64,000 bases of DNA. It comes from Selenomonadales bacterium (GTDB lineage Bacteria; Bacillota; UBA994). Location: NCBI GenBank assembly GCA_018335585.1, contig JAGXRZ010000046.1, forward strand, positions 11,832-75,831. Direction: 5' to 3'. Position 1 is the stretch's first letter. Each line of letters opens with the position of its first letter. Made by a program: the position numbers and the translations under genes. Positions 47,626 through 56,762 of this stretch are shown piece after piece. Below the pieces are notes generated by a model. The model had not been told where the DNA came from. It searched no databases and saw nothing but the letters and a program-made list of their open reading frames with translations.

Positions 47626-48465
47626 CTACCTGTTAGGTGCCTTTTCTAATGCATCGATGACTGCTGACACAAAGCCTTCACTCGAGCCGGTCGCGCCCGA
47701 GACGGCGTCAACTTCTGGGTCTTGCTCGCGGATTACGGCCTTAGCCAGCTCCACGAAGGCGGGATTAGCATACTCCGGCGTGTCTTGATGGGCCAAAACC
47801 CTGACACTTTCCACTCGGCCGGACTTGACGGTGACTAAAACTCTAACCGGCCCAAACAAGCCGCTTCCTTCACCCTGATACTCGCCGTCAGGAATAGTCG
47901 CGAGGTCGCGCACAAATCTGTCGACCGGAACAGGCGGCGCTGCGCCTAGGACGTGCTGTCCAAACATGAGCAGTGCATTCCTCACCCCGGCAGTTACGCC
48001 ACGTACCGACAATGTCGCGCCGGAGATGGCTTGGACATCGCCTCCCACCGCCAGTGGGTCGCGCGCCGTCTTGCCGGTGAACTGACGCAGAAACGCCGAG
48101 GCCGCTACCCGGTCTCCGATTCCCGGCGTCTCGCGGTGCCCGGTAATGCGCACGCCCTGCGCCGCTCCGGACATGTCGACTGCGACTAACAGGTTGATAG
48201 GACCTGCGTAGCCGCTACCGGCGCTCTGCATTATTGCTCCCACGGGCTTTCCGTCTTTAGTGGCTAGAAAGAAGGTGACACCGTCACGCGTTGTTTCCTC
48301 GAATCTGTCGGCGACAGGCAAAAGATCGCCGAGTGCCCGTTGTAGCTCAGCTTGTTTGCGCTCGGCTATGACGACGCTAGTGACAGAGTGAGTGGCCGCT
48401 AAGGCTGCTCCCGCAATAGCGCAGATTAGAGCGAGTGTGACGCTTAGCTTAAAAACTTCCCTCAT
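47626..48465 (-). CDS. Membrane-anchored protein with two FMN-binding domains (RnfG/NqrC/PplA-like)
   Basis: Domain 1: GYAGPINLLVAVDMSGAAQGVRITGHRETPGIGDRV...ISGATLSVRGVTAGVRNAL. Domain 2: ...VKSGRVESVRVLAHQDTPEYANP...DAVSGATGSSEGFVSAV. The Ser/Thr in the S/TGAT motifs are the covalent FMN-attachment sites. Confidence 0.7.
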   Translation of the reverse strand: MREVFKLSVTLALICAIAGAALAATHSVTSVVIAERKQAELQRALGDLLPVADRFEETTRDGVTFFLATKDGKPVGAIMQSAGSGYAGPINLLVAVDMSGAAQGVRITGHRETPGIGDRVAASAFLRQFTGKTARDPLAVGGDVQAISGATLSVRGVTAGVRNALLMFGQHVLGAAPPVPVDRFVRDLATIPDGEYQGEGSGLFGPVRVLVTVKSGRVESVRVLAHQDTPEYANPAFVELAKAVIREQDPEVDAVSGATGSSEGFVSAVIDALEKAPNR

Positions 48466-48530
48466 GTGTAATCCCCTACCTCGGTGATTGCTTGACTATT
48501 TCTTTGCTTATTCTAGCACAGTGTAGCCCC

Positions 48531-49559
48531 TTAACCAAGAGAAAGATGTCCGCGCGAGTAAAGCGCCAAAAACTCTCGCGCTGTGCGCTCCCACGTAAAA
48601 ACGCGACTGCGCAAGAACCCGGCCTGTGCCATTGTCTTCTGTAGCATGGAGTTTGAGATTAGCGCGAGCAGCCCGTTAGCCCACGCCTTAGCGTCAGCAA
48701 ATTGGCGAATAAAATGTCCGGCTTGCGGTCCTACCACCTCGGGCACGCTCCCGCGCAGGCTAGCCACAACCGGTAGCGCCGTGGCCATTGCGGGTAGACA
48801 ATCGTGTCCCGCCGCGGCGCGGTCTTGTGTCGGGTAAAGGAACATGTCGGCCGCTCGATAGATTTTTGGCTGAAGAGGGGTGCTGCCAACGACCAAAATC
48901 TTAACGCGGCTCAGTTCTGTGCCAAGCGGACAATTTTGCAGTAGCTCCAGCCCTTTTGGGTCATGCGCTGTGTGGGCCAACAACAGAACCTTCTCGTCCG
49001 GCTCCACTTCCCAGAGCAGGCGCTGCTTTTGTCGCTCCCGCATAAGTCCTCTATCGCCGTGTGCGGGAAGGAAGACCGACCCATCAACACCGGGGTAAAC
49101 GACGTTCACGCGCAAGCGCAAGCCATAGAACCTCCCGATAAAGAGGTTCTTTAAGAAGAAGCTATGGACGACTACTTGGTCGACTAAGCAGAGCGACAGG
49201 CGCAGGTCACGGCGTGAAATTGCGTCTTGGGCAAGGGGCCGCAGCGACTGCAAGTGGAGCAGCACATAGCCTTGATAGGTTTGGCGTAAGGCGGGCACTA
49301 GCCACGGGCAGTTCTCAACGTGCACTGCTGTCGGCCGCGTTTCCCGAAGTACCTGTCGCAGCACTTCCGCAGAAAAAACGAGCGGCCAACGGTATAGGCG
49401 TATTCCGAGCACCTCCGGTGCTTGCATGCCGGCCGGCAACAGGATCGATACCTCTATTCCTTGGCGCGACAGCAGTGCGGCCACCGTAAAGACTGACGGA
49501 TGTGACTCGTCCACTTCGAGCGTCGAACCGTCCGGCGGCAGTACATATAGAACTTTCAC
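48531..49559 (-). CDS. GT4-family glycosyltransferase
   Basis: ...ILVVGSTPLQPKIYRAADMFLYPT... The listed ORF 48531..49790 extends through the repeat element. A GTG start at 49559 after GGGGAG fits the family length. Confidence 0.65.
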   Translation of the reverse strand: MKVLYVLPPDGSTLEVDESHPSVFTVAALLSRQGIEVSILLPAGMQAPEVLGIRLYRWPLVFSAEVLRQVLRETRPTAVHVENCPWLVPALRQTYQGYVLLHLQSLRPLAQDAISRRDLRLSLCLVDQVVVHSFFLKNLFIGRFYGLRLRVNVVYPGVDGSVFLPAHGDRGLMRERQKQRLLWEVEPDEKVLLLAHTAHDPKGLELLQNCPLGTELSRVKILVVGSTPLQPKIYRAADMFLYPTQDRAAAGHDCLPAMATALPVVASLRGSVPEVVGPQAGHFIRQFADAKAWANGLLALISNSMLQKTMAQAGFLRSRVFTWERTAREFLALYSRGHLSLG

Positions 49560-49599
49560 CCTGCACTCCCCCAACGCGCACTTTACCTCAGTGTACGCA

Positions 49600-49810
49600 G
49601 GTGAGCGGTGGGCGGTGAGGCGCGAGCCGCCAGGAAATTGTCGCTTGTGGCTTGTCGCTTGTGGCTTGGGGAGAGGCTTTAGGCTTGAGGCTTGAGGCGT
49701 TAGAAGAACGGGCTTTGAGCTTTGAGAGCACGCTCTGTCTCCACGAAGTGCGAAGTGCGAAGTGCGAAGTGCCCGTCCTCTGCGGAGCACGAAGCACGCT
49801 CTCTCTACCA
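49600..49810. repeat. Modular heptamer-array intergenic element
   Basis: GTCGCTTGTGGCTTGTCGCTTGTGGCTTG, then TTTAGGCTTGAGGCTTGAGGCGTTAG, then TTTGAGCTTTGAGAGC, then CGAAGTGCGAAGTGCGAAGTGCGAAGTG. Confidence 0.75.
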
Positions 49811-49823
49811 GCAGCCCCCATCT

Positions 49824-50501
49824 TCATAGGTTACTAAAGATCAAATAAAGCCCTACGCCGACAAACAGCAGGCCGGCTACGTACGCGCCATAGTCCCAGT
49901 AGCGACTTAGACCGCGCCAAGCGCGGAGGGCTCCCGCTGCGCTTCCCACAAGCAGCAGCGGCACGCCCTGCCCTATCCCAAACGCAAACAGCAGTAGCCC
50001 ACCCGTATAGATGCGCCCGGAGGCCGCAGCAACACCGACGATGACGCCAAGTACTGGCCCCGCGCAGGGTGACGCTGCAAACCCAAACACCAATCCCACT
50101 ATGTAGGCCCCGAGCAACCCATCCGTGCGCAGAGGAAGCTTACTAATGGCGGAAACAGGTAGCTGAATGAGCTGCATCAGACTAAGTCCCATCAAAACCA
50201 GCACTGCGCCTAGCAAGAGCGGCAGAAAGTCGGAGGTGATGCCAATCATGCCGCCTAGGAGGGCTGCTACCACCCCGAGCCCCGTAAAGGCGCTGGCCAG
50301 CCCGAGGATTAGACAGAGCACAAGGAGCAGGCTACGGCGCGTCTTTATGCCCTTAAAGACGCCTACATAGCCCAAAACCAACGGCATCATCGCAATGATG
50401 CAGGGAGAGAGGCTAGTTAATACCCCGACTGAAAATGCAGCCAGCAAGGCCCAACCAAGCTGCCCCGCCAGTATGTTCTGTAGCGTTTCCAGTGCAATCA
50501 T
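49824..50501 (-). CDS. ccdA: Cytochrome c-type biogenesis / thiol-disulfide transmembrane electron carrier CcdA
   Basis: ...LSPCIIAMMPLVLGYVG... and ...AASPCAGPVLGVIVGVAA; the two conserved Cys of DsbD/CcdA. Confidence 0.8.
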   Translation of the reverse strand: MIALETLQNILAGQLGWALLAAFSVGVLTSLSPCIIAMMPLVLGYVGVFKGIKTRRSLLLVLCLILGLASAFTGLGVVAALLGGMIGITSDFLPLLLGAVLVLMGLSLMQLIQLPVSAISKLPLRTDGLLGAYIVGLVFGFAASPCAGPVLGVIVGVAAASGRIYTGGLLLFAFGIGQGVPLLLVGSAAGALRAWRGLSRYWDYGAYVAGLLFVGVGLYLIFSNL

Positions 50502-50929
50502 GGGTCAAGCCCCTGCAGCAGAAACTGCCGCAGTGTTTCCTTAGACATACCCCCGACGCGTTGCTGTTCACGCCCGGTTGCGGAAATCATCACGAAGTGA
50601 GGGATAGTCCGCACGTTGAAGCGCAGAACGAGCTCCCCCGTCTCCCTTTCCGTCGTATCCGCGACAACAAAGGCGACCTGTGTGCCAAACTCGGCCTTAA
50701 GTTCCCGCACCGCGGGATACATTATTACACAGGCGCGTCAAGTGTCCGCGGTAATCATAACGAACACCGGCCTGCTCTCCGCTATCGCGCGCTGAAACGC
50801 CGTAAAGGGCTGGCGGGTCTTTAGGTCGTCGCCGCCACCCGGCCGAGCCAGAAACCAGGCCACGGCTGCGACGAGCAAAACAAGTACCAGAGATACGCTA
50901 CGTTTCACTCTTATCGCCCTCCCAGACAT
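50498..50929 (-). CDS. Membrane-anchored thioredoxin-like protein with an in-frame TGA at the CxxC position (candidate selenoprotein, UxxC)
   Basis: ORFs 50738..50929 and 50498..50722 share one frame, separated only by TGA at 50738-50740. The joined sequence ...VFVMITADT-[TGA]-RACVIMYPAVRELKAEFG... places the stop exactly where the first Cys of the thioredoxin WCxxC motif sits. A likely GTG start at about 50907 follows GGGAGG. Confidence 0.45.
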
Positions 50930-51884
50930 CTGCTAGGATGCTTCGCTCAAGGCGCCTGTCCCACGCCGACCAGCGCTCGCCAAGCGAAAGGGTCTCGTTA
51001 ATTATCTTGTCGACCTGAGCTAGTCTGCTACTGGTTAAGTCGGCTAGGTGCAGTGCCACGGCGTTAGCGGTTTTCGGTTCCTCAGGCGAGCCCCATTCCC
51101 GCTGGCCGTGGTGACTAAGGACGAGATGCTTTAGTTCATCTCGCAGGGCCGTCGGGAAGGCGGGCAGGCCCTCTGTCAGACTTCCGATTAGCTCTGCTCC
51201 CAGCACCACATGGCCGATGAGTTTGCCTCTATCTGTAACTTCAAACCCAAAGGCGCGCGGCTCGTATTCCTCGGTTTTAGCGGCGTCATGAAAGATTGCC
51301 CCTGTAAGCAGCAGGTCGCGGTTTAGGCGTGCGCCTTGCACCTCTGCCATGCGCTCGGCATAGGCTATGACTTCTAAGGTATGCATAAGGAGCCCACCTA
51401 CATGGGCGTGGTGTACGTCGCGACCGGCAGGTGCCTGCTGGAAAGCATGCTGCACGCCAGGCAGCGAAAAATAGCGTGACAATAAATCCCGCAAACACGG
51501 GGTTTTGATGTTCGACATAATCGCCTCTAGTTCGCGCCACATTTCGGCAAGCGGACGCGGCGGAGGAGTAGAAAAGTCAAGGGCGTCAACGTCTGCAATG
51601 TTCGCGCGCGCTATTTCCTCGATGTAAATCTGCTTGTCGCCGCGGTAGTCTTGTACGCGACCTGACACCCATACGATGTCGTCTTTGCGGTAGGAGTTGT
51701 CGGCCACAAGGGCTTCGTTCCAAGCTACCGCAGATACTCGACCTGTACGGTCGCCAAGGGACAAAACCATGCCGCAAGTGGGCACACCGTTCTTAGTGTA
51801 GTTGACAAGCCTTCTTTCGATAACAAAGAAATGGCTCTTTACCTGTGTGCCCACAGTTAAATCTTTGGCGTATATCTTTTTCAC
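50898..51884 (-). CDS. yhaM: 3'-5' exoribonuclease YhaM (OB-fold plus HD domain)
   Basis: ...[15 protein letters not shown]...[10 protein letters not shown]...LVLSHHG. Confidence 0.75.
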   Translation of the reverse strand: MKKIYAKDLTVGTQVKSHFFVIERRLVNYTKNGVPTCGMVLSLGDRTGRVSAVAWNEALVADNSYRKDDIVWVSGRVQDYRGDKQIYIEEIARANIADVDALDFSTPPPRPLAEMWRELEAIMSNIKTPCLRDLLSRYFSLPGVQHAFQQAPAGRDVHHAHVGGLLMHTLEVIAYAERMAEVQGARLNRDLLLTGAIFHDAAKTEEYEPRAFGFEVTDRGKLIGHVVLGAELIGSLTEGLPAFPTALRDELKHLVLSHHGQREWGSPEEPKTANAVALHLADLTSSRLAQVDKIINETLSLGERWSAWDRRLERSILADVWEGDKSET

Positions 51885-53059
51885 CTGATAACCTGCATCT
51901 CCTTGCCTACAGTGGCAAACGCATCGAGTGCGTAGTCGAGGTCAGCTTCTGTGTGTGAGGCCGAAATCATGGCGCGAATGCGCGCTTTACCCTTAGCGAC
52001 GGTCGGGAAGCCGATCTTGGTGGCAAATACTCCCCTCTGGAATAGGCGGCGACTCATTTCGCCTGCGACCTCGGCCTCACCTAGCATCACCGGCGTTATG
52101 GGCGTCTCGCTGCTCCCAATGTCAAAGCCTAGGTTACGCATGCCTTCTTTGAAATAGCGCGCATTACTCCACAAGCGCTCTACCGGCTCACCGCTCGCGG
52201 TAAGGATTTCGATGGCCTGCTTCGTGGCCGCCACATCAGGTGGAGTGAGGGCCGAGCTAAAGAGGAAGGGCCGAGCGCGCTGCTTTAGGTACTCGATCAG
52301 CCGAGCGCTCCCCGCAGCAAACCCGCCGATTGTGCCGATAGCTTTCGAGAAAGTGCCGACTTCGACGTCAACCTGCCCATGCAAATGGAAGTGGTCGACA
52401 ATGCCGCGCCCGTTCTCGCCGAGTACCCCTTCGCCGTGGGCATCGTCGACCATGGTCATTGCCCCATAGCGTTTGGCGACGGCCACGATTTGGGGTAGTT
52501 TGGCTATGTCTCCGTCCATACTAAAGACGCCGTCGGTAATTACTAGAACTCGCCCGGCACCGATGCCCTTAAGTACCGCTTCAAGCGAATCCGGGTCATT
52601 GTGCTTATACACCTTAATTTCGGCGCGGCTTAGGCGTGCTCCGTCGATAATGCTAGCGTGGTTTAGCTCGTCGGAGACAATGGTGTCGTCCTTGCCGACT
52701 AAGGCGGGAATGACCGCGAGGTTAGCCATAAACCCCGATTGCAGCGTAAGCGCAGCCTCGACGCGCTTAAACTTGGCTACTTCCGCATCAAGCTCAGCAT
52801 GCAGGCTCATAGTGCCGGCGATGCTGCGCACTGCCGACGGGCCGACGCCAAACTGAGCTATTGCTTCTATGGCTGCCTGCCGTAGCCGCGGGTCGTTGGC
52901 AAGGTTTAAGTAGTTGTTGGAGCATAGGTTGAGTTTCCTTTGTCCACCGATTACAATCCATGCGCCCTGCGCACTTTCTATTACCTTGATGTCGTTGTAG
53001 AGTCCGCTGCTTTTAAGCTCCTGCAGGATTTCGTCAATGAAGTGCATGTTGTCTTGCAT
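51881..53059 (-). CDS. kbl: Glycine C-acetyltransferase / 8-amino-7-oxononanoate synthase family (Kbl)
   Basis: ...[16 protein letters not shown]...GTFSKA... PLP-lysine region; 392 aa. Confidence 0.75.
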   Translation of the reverse strand: MQDNMHFIDEILQELKSSGLYNDIKVIESAQGAWIVIGGQRKLNLCSNNYLNLANDPRLRQAAIEAIAQFGVGPSAVRSIAGTMSLHAELDAEVAKFKRVEAALTLQSGFMANLAVIPALVGKDDTIVSDELNHASIIDGARLSRAEIKVYKHNDPDSLEAVLKGIGAGRVLVITDGVFSMDGDIAKLPQIVAVAKRYGAMTMVDDAHGEGVLGENGRGIVDHFHLHGQVDVEVGTFSKAIGTIGGFAAGSARLIEYLKQRARPFLFSSALTPPDVAATKQAIEILTASGEPVERLWSNARYFKEGMRNLGFDIGSSETPITPVMLGEAEVAGEMSRRLFQRGVFATKIGFPTVAKGKARIRAMISASHTEADLDYALDAFATVGKEMQVIR

Positions 53060-53072
53060 GTGGGACCTCCTT

Positions 53073-53245
53073 GCTTGTTGGTCGCTTGTGGCTTGTCGCT
53101 TGTCGCTTGAGGAGAGACTTTAGGCTTTAGGCTTTAGGCGTTAGAAGGACGGGCTTTGAGCTCTGAGCTTTGAGCTCTGACCGAAGGAAAGCCGGGTGCT
53201 ACCGCGACACCGCTCTACTGAGCACTGGTCACTGAGCACTGGGCA
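53073..53245. repeat. Modular heptamer-array intergenic element (best-preserved copy)
   Basis: GTCGCTT x4, linker AGGAGAGAC, TTTAGGC x3, linker AAGGACGGGC, TTGAGCT/CTGAGCT x4, core GGTGCTACCGCGACACCGCTCTAC, then TGAGCAC/TGGTCAC/TGAGCAC/TGGGCAC. It starts about 10 nt upstream of the kbl RBS. Confidence 0.8.
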
Positions 53246-53248
53246 CCC

Positions 53249-53623
53249 CTACTTCCTCTCTTTACCCGACAAGTGCTTTTCATAAATGGTTTCTTTGAGC
53301 TCCTCGGAGCGCAAGCTACGCCAGTCTACTTCGGTAGAACCGCGTCGGGACGCAGGGTCATACTTCAGGGAGAGCTGTTCGGCTAAGAATGTCAGCACCA
53401 TGCGATGCAAGCTTTCGTTGCGCTTTTCGCGCGAAAGATGACGCGTCACCCTAACCTCCGCGCCGGTCTGTTCGGCCACGGTGCGACGCACGGCATCCTC
53501 AGGCGTCTCGCCCTCTTCCACGTCGCCCCCAGGCAGTGCCCATACGCCCCCCGGCGGTCTAACCATAAGTACATGATGGCCGTTAAGGACAATAGCTTGA
53601 ACGTAGATTCTGCGATAATCCAT
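53249..53623 (-). CDS. NUDIX hydrolase
   Basis: ...GGDVEEGETPEDAVRRTVAEQTGAE is the Nudix box. Confidence 0.7.
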   Translation of the reverse strand: MDYRRIYVQAIVLNGHHVLMVRPPGGVWALPGGDVEEGETPEDAVRRTVAEQTGAEVRVTRHLSREKRNESLHRMVLTFLAEQLSLKYDPASRRGSTEVDWRSLRSEELKETIYEKHLSGKERK

Positions 53624-53711
53624 GTTCGTCTCCCCTTTCCATCATCTTCTCTAAGCTTAGCATACCAGAGGGCGTAAGGCTGTGCAACGCGCCGCGCAAG
53701 GCGCGAGGAGA

Positions 53712-54000
53712 CTGTCGCTTGTCGCTTGTCGCTTGGGGAAGCGCTGAGCGGTGAGCTGTGAGCTGTGAGGGTGCGCCGTGGCAATCATGAATCAGGAATC
53801 GTGAATCATGAACTAGGGGGCGGGATCAGGCTCTAGGCTTTAGGCGTTAGGCGTTAGAAGCTTTGAGCGGTGAGCTGTGAGCTTTTTGCCACTGCGACAC
53901 CGCCCTACTGGGCACTAGGCACTGAGCACTGGGCACTCCATCAACCCCTCGTCCTCCACGAAGTGCTAAGTGCCAAGTGCAAAGTGCATCCCCACAACAC
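53712..54000. repeat. Modular heptamer-array intergenic element (longest copy)
   Basis: GTCGCTT x3; GTGAGCT x3; GAATCAT/GAATCGT x4; TAGGCTT/TAGGCGT x4; GTGAGCT x2; core GCCACTGCGACACCGCCCTAC; GGGCACT/AGGCACT/GAGCACT/GGGCAC; then AAGTGCT/AAGTGCC/AAGTGCA. Confidence 0.8.
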
Positions 54001-54161
54001 TTGAACATTCCCCTCCTTAGGTTTAATATATCGTTGTATGCGTAAAGCGGGAGAATCATGCGCAAAGCTGAGCAAAACGCTACCAAAAGCATGGGAAAGC
54101 AGTTTAAGGCACTTTACGCGACCTAGCGCAGCATTAGGACGGACGATAGGAGGCTCTCGGG

Positions 54162-55649
54162 TTGAGCACTAAAAAAGACATCGCGCATATGGCACTTCTG
54201 CGCCGACAGAGCCGCACACCACTCTTTGACGCGCTGCGCAACTACGTGCGCGAGGGCACGCTCTCTTTCCACGTCCCCGGCCACAAACACGGCAAGGGGC
54301 TACCGGAGTTTACGCGCTTTGTCGGCAAGAATGTCATGAACATTGACCTCACCATCATGCCTGACCTCGACAGCATCTACAAGCCGCATGGGCCGATAAA
54401 AGCAGCACAAGACCTCGCCGCCGAGGCCTTCGGTGCAGACTACGCCCATTTTCTCAGCAACGGCACGACCGCAGGCATTCACTGCATGTTGATGTCTACC
54501 TTGCGCCCGGGCGACAAGTTTATCGTACCGCGCAATGCCCATAAATCCGTGATTTCAGCGATGATTTTAACCGGGGCTGAGCCTGTATACATCCAGCCCT
54601 ACGTGGACAACTACCTAGGCGTAGCCATGGCCATTACCGCCGACGAAGTACGCCAAGCACTGCGCCAACAACCCGACGCCAAGGCCATATTTGTTATTAA
54701 CACGACCTTCTACGGCATGGCGCCGGAGCTAGAGCGCATTGTGGAGATTGCGGAGGACTACGAGATACCGGTGCTAGTTGACGAGGCTCACGGAGCCCAC
54801 CTTAAGTTCCATCCCAGTCTGCCACTGTCAGCGATGGAAGCTAAGGCGGACATGGCTGCCCTAAGCACGCATAAGCTCCTTGGCTCCATGACCCAGAGCT
54901 CCCTGCTACTCACGCGGGGCGACCTGATAGACGCCCAGTATGCGAAGACGACCCTGAATTTGACGCAGACTACCAGCCCAAGCTACCCGCTATTGGCCTC
55001 GCTAGATATGGCGCGCAAACAGGTCTTCTTCCGCGGGCAAGAAATGCTTACACACGCCATTAACCTCGCGAACTGGGCGCGCTACGAAATCAACAATAAC
55101 ATCCCCGGCCTCTATGTGTACGGCAACGATATGGTCGGACAGCCGGGCTGCTATGAATATGACCCTACTAAACTGTGCATAAACGTGAGAGCCTTAGGCA
55201 TCTCCGGCTTTGAAATGGAGCGCATCCTGCGGCAAGGGTTCCACATTCAAGTAGACCTCTCCGACCTGTACAACGTCCTATGCGTAGTCTCGATTGCGGA
55301 TAGCAAAGAAGCCGTGCGCACCCTCGTGCATGCCCTGAGCGAGATTGCGCGCAAATACCAAGTTCAAGACGTGCGCGAGCAGCCCATTGAGCTGCCGCCG
55401 CTCCCGGCACTTGCCTATCTGCCGCGCGAAGCCTTCTATGCCGAGACTAAGCGCGTGCCTTTAGATCAGGCTAAGGGGAAAATCGTGGCCGAGATGCTTA
55501 TGGCTTACCCTCCCGGTATTCCGCTTATCTGTCCGGGAGAAATCCTAACCGAAGAGATTATCGACTACGTGCGCATGCTCGAAGAGGCAGACGCACAAAT
55601 ATACGGCACCGAAGACCCTAATGCGGAGTATATAAAGATTGTGAGGTGA
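54162..55649 (+). CDS. Orn/Lys/Arg decarboxylase-family PLP enzyme
   Basis: ...LSFHVPGHKHGKG...DLTIMPDLDSIYKPHGPI...STHKLLGSMTQSS is the OKR_DC_1 major domain. Confidence 0.75.
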   Translation: MSTKKDIAHMALLRRQSRTPLFDALRNYVREGTLSFHVPGHKHGKGLPEFTRFVGKNVMNIDLTIMPDLDSIYKPHGPIKAAQDLAAEAFGADYAHFLSNGTTAGIHCMLMSTLRPGDKFIVPRNAHKSVISAMILTGAEPVYIQPYVDNYLGVAMAITADEVRQALRQQPDAKAIFVINTTFYGMAPELERIVEIAEDYEIPVLVDEAHGAHLKFHPSLPLSAMEAKADMAALSTHKLLGSMTQSSLLLTRGDLIDAQYAKTTLNLTQTTSPSYPLLASLDMARKQVFFRGQEMLTHAINLANWARYEINNNIPGLYVYGNDMVGQPGCYEYDPTKLCINVRALGISGFEMERILRQGFHIQVDLSDLYNVLCVVSIADSKEAVRTLVHALSEIARKYQVQDVREQPIELPPLPALAYLPREAFYAETKRVPLDQAKGKIVAEMLMAYPPGIPLICPGEILTEEIIDYVRMLEEADAQIYGTEDPNAEYIKIVR

Positions 55650-55651
55650 GT

Positions 55652-55893
55652 GGGAATCATGAATCATCAATCGTGAATCGTGAACTACTGGGGCTCTCAG
55701 CTTTTAGTCGCTAGGCATTAGGCTTTAGGCTTTAGGGGCAGGCTGGAAGGTGGCAAGGTTAAAGGGGTACCGGGCACTACCGCGAGATCGCCCCACTGGG
55801 CATTGGGCACTGAGCACTAATCTACGAAGCACGAAGCACGAAGCACGGAGCACGCGCTCCCCTCTCCTGGCGGCCGGCGGCTGGCGGCTGGCA
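55652..55893. repeat. Modular heptamer-array intergenic element
   Basis: GAATCAT/CAATCGT/GAATCGT arrays; TAGGCAT/TAGGCTT x3; core GGGCACTACCGCGAGATCGCCCCAC; TGGGCAT/TGGGCAC/TGAGCAC; CGAAGCA x3; GCTGGCG x3. Confidence 0.75.
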
Positions 55894-55897
55894 GCTC

Positions 55898-56752
55898 CTA
55901 CCGCTCCGCGGCATGCGCCAAAGCATTTAAAAAGCGCTTCAGGCTAATCTTGCCGCCATATGGCGCGCTGTGCTCCACGTGACGCATTTCGCGCCGTACC
56001 TCGGCAAAATCAAAGAATGTGGCAGCGTAGTTTTCAAAGCGAGGGTGCGCGTAATCCTCGAGCCCTAGCGCAGCGAGGTGATGCAGAGCCGACTGCACGG
56101 CTCGCCGCATGCGCTGTTCAGCCGCTTTTTGCGCGGTGAGGCTATCGCCGGCGATATGTAGAAGCAAGTCTTTCATGGAAAGGGTGTCCCGTGTGCGGGC
56201 GCGCGCAATAAACAGGGCCGCGTCTTCTAGGTCGCGTGCGCCGGATTCTGCCCCAATGCCTAAGTCGTGTAGCAGCGCCCTGATTTTTAGCCTTGTCTTA
56301 TCTGCAACATCCGCGCTTGGCTGAGAAGTCGAAACCCCAAGCTCGGCCATCGAGCGGTAAATACTACTTACCGTGCGCTTAAGGGCTAATGTTTCGCACA
56401 CTTTGGCCAGGACGGCGCGCACTTCGCGCGAATTTATTGGTTTGTGGATAAAGAAATCGATGCCGGCTTCGTAAGCAGCCTCTACCATTACCTTAGCCTG
56501 TACCTGGGAGATCATCACAAAGGAAGGGCTGACGGCGCCGGACAGGAGACGCACCAGCTCGATGCCGTCCATATCGGGCAGCAGCAAATCGACCAAGACA
56601 ACATCTACGGCGGTAGAGAGCAGTGCCAGACGTGCTTCTTGCCCGGAACTAGCCGAGCCCGCTACCACGCCTAACCCGCTGTCTTGGATTATCTCCTGGA
56701 GCATACGCCTGACGGCAAAATCATCGTCGACTACAAAGAATCGGTATTGCAC
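55898..56752 (-). CDS. Response regulator (REC domain plus YcbB/GlnL-type C-terminal domain)
   Basis: MQYRFFVVDDDFAVRRMLQEIIQ...VDVVLVDLLLPDMDGIELV. Confidence 0.65.
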   Translation of the reverse strand: MQYRFFVVDDDFAVRRMLQEIIQDSGLGVVAGSASSGQEARLALLSTAVDVVLVDLLLPDMDGIELVRLLSGAVSPSFVMISQVQAKVMVEAAYEAGIDFFIHKPINSREVRAVLAKVCETLALKRTVSSIYRSMAELGVSTSQPSADVADKTRLKIRALLHDLGIGAESGARDLEDAALFIARARTRDTLSMKDLLLHIAGDSLTAQKAAEQRMRRAVQSALHHLAALGLEDYAHPRFENYAATFFDFAEVRREMRHVEHSAPYGGKISLKRFLNALAHAAER

Positions 56753-56762
56753 GCTACCCCCC

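Noticed and set aside
49560-49790. N-terminal extension of the glycosyltransferase ORF (48531..49790)
   Set aside because: The extension is encoded by the heptamer-repeat element (...CEVRSAKCEV...), with repeat-derived low-complexity sequence. A GTG at 49559 with GGGGAG gives the family-typical length.
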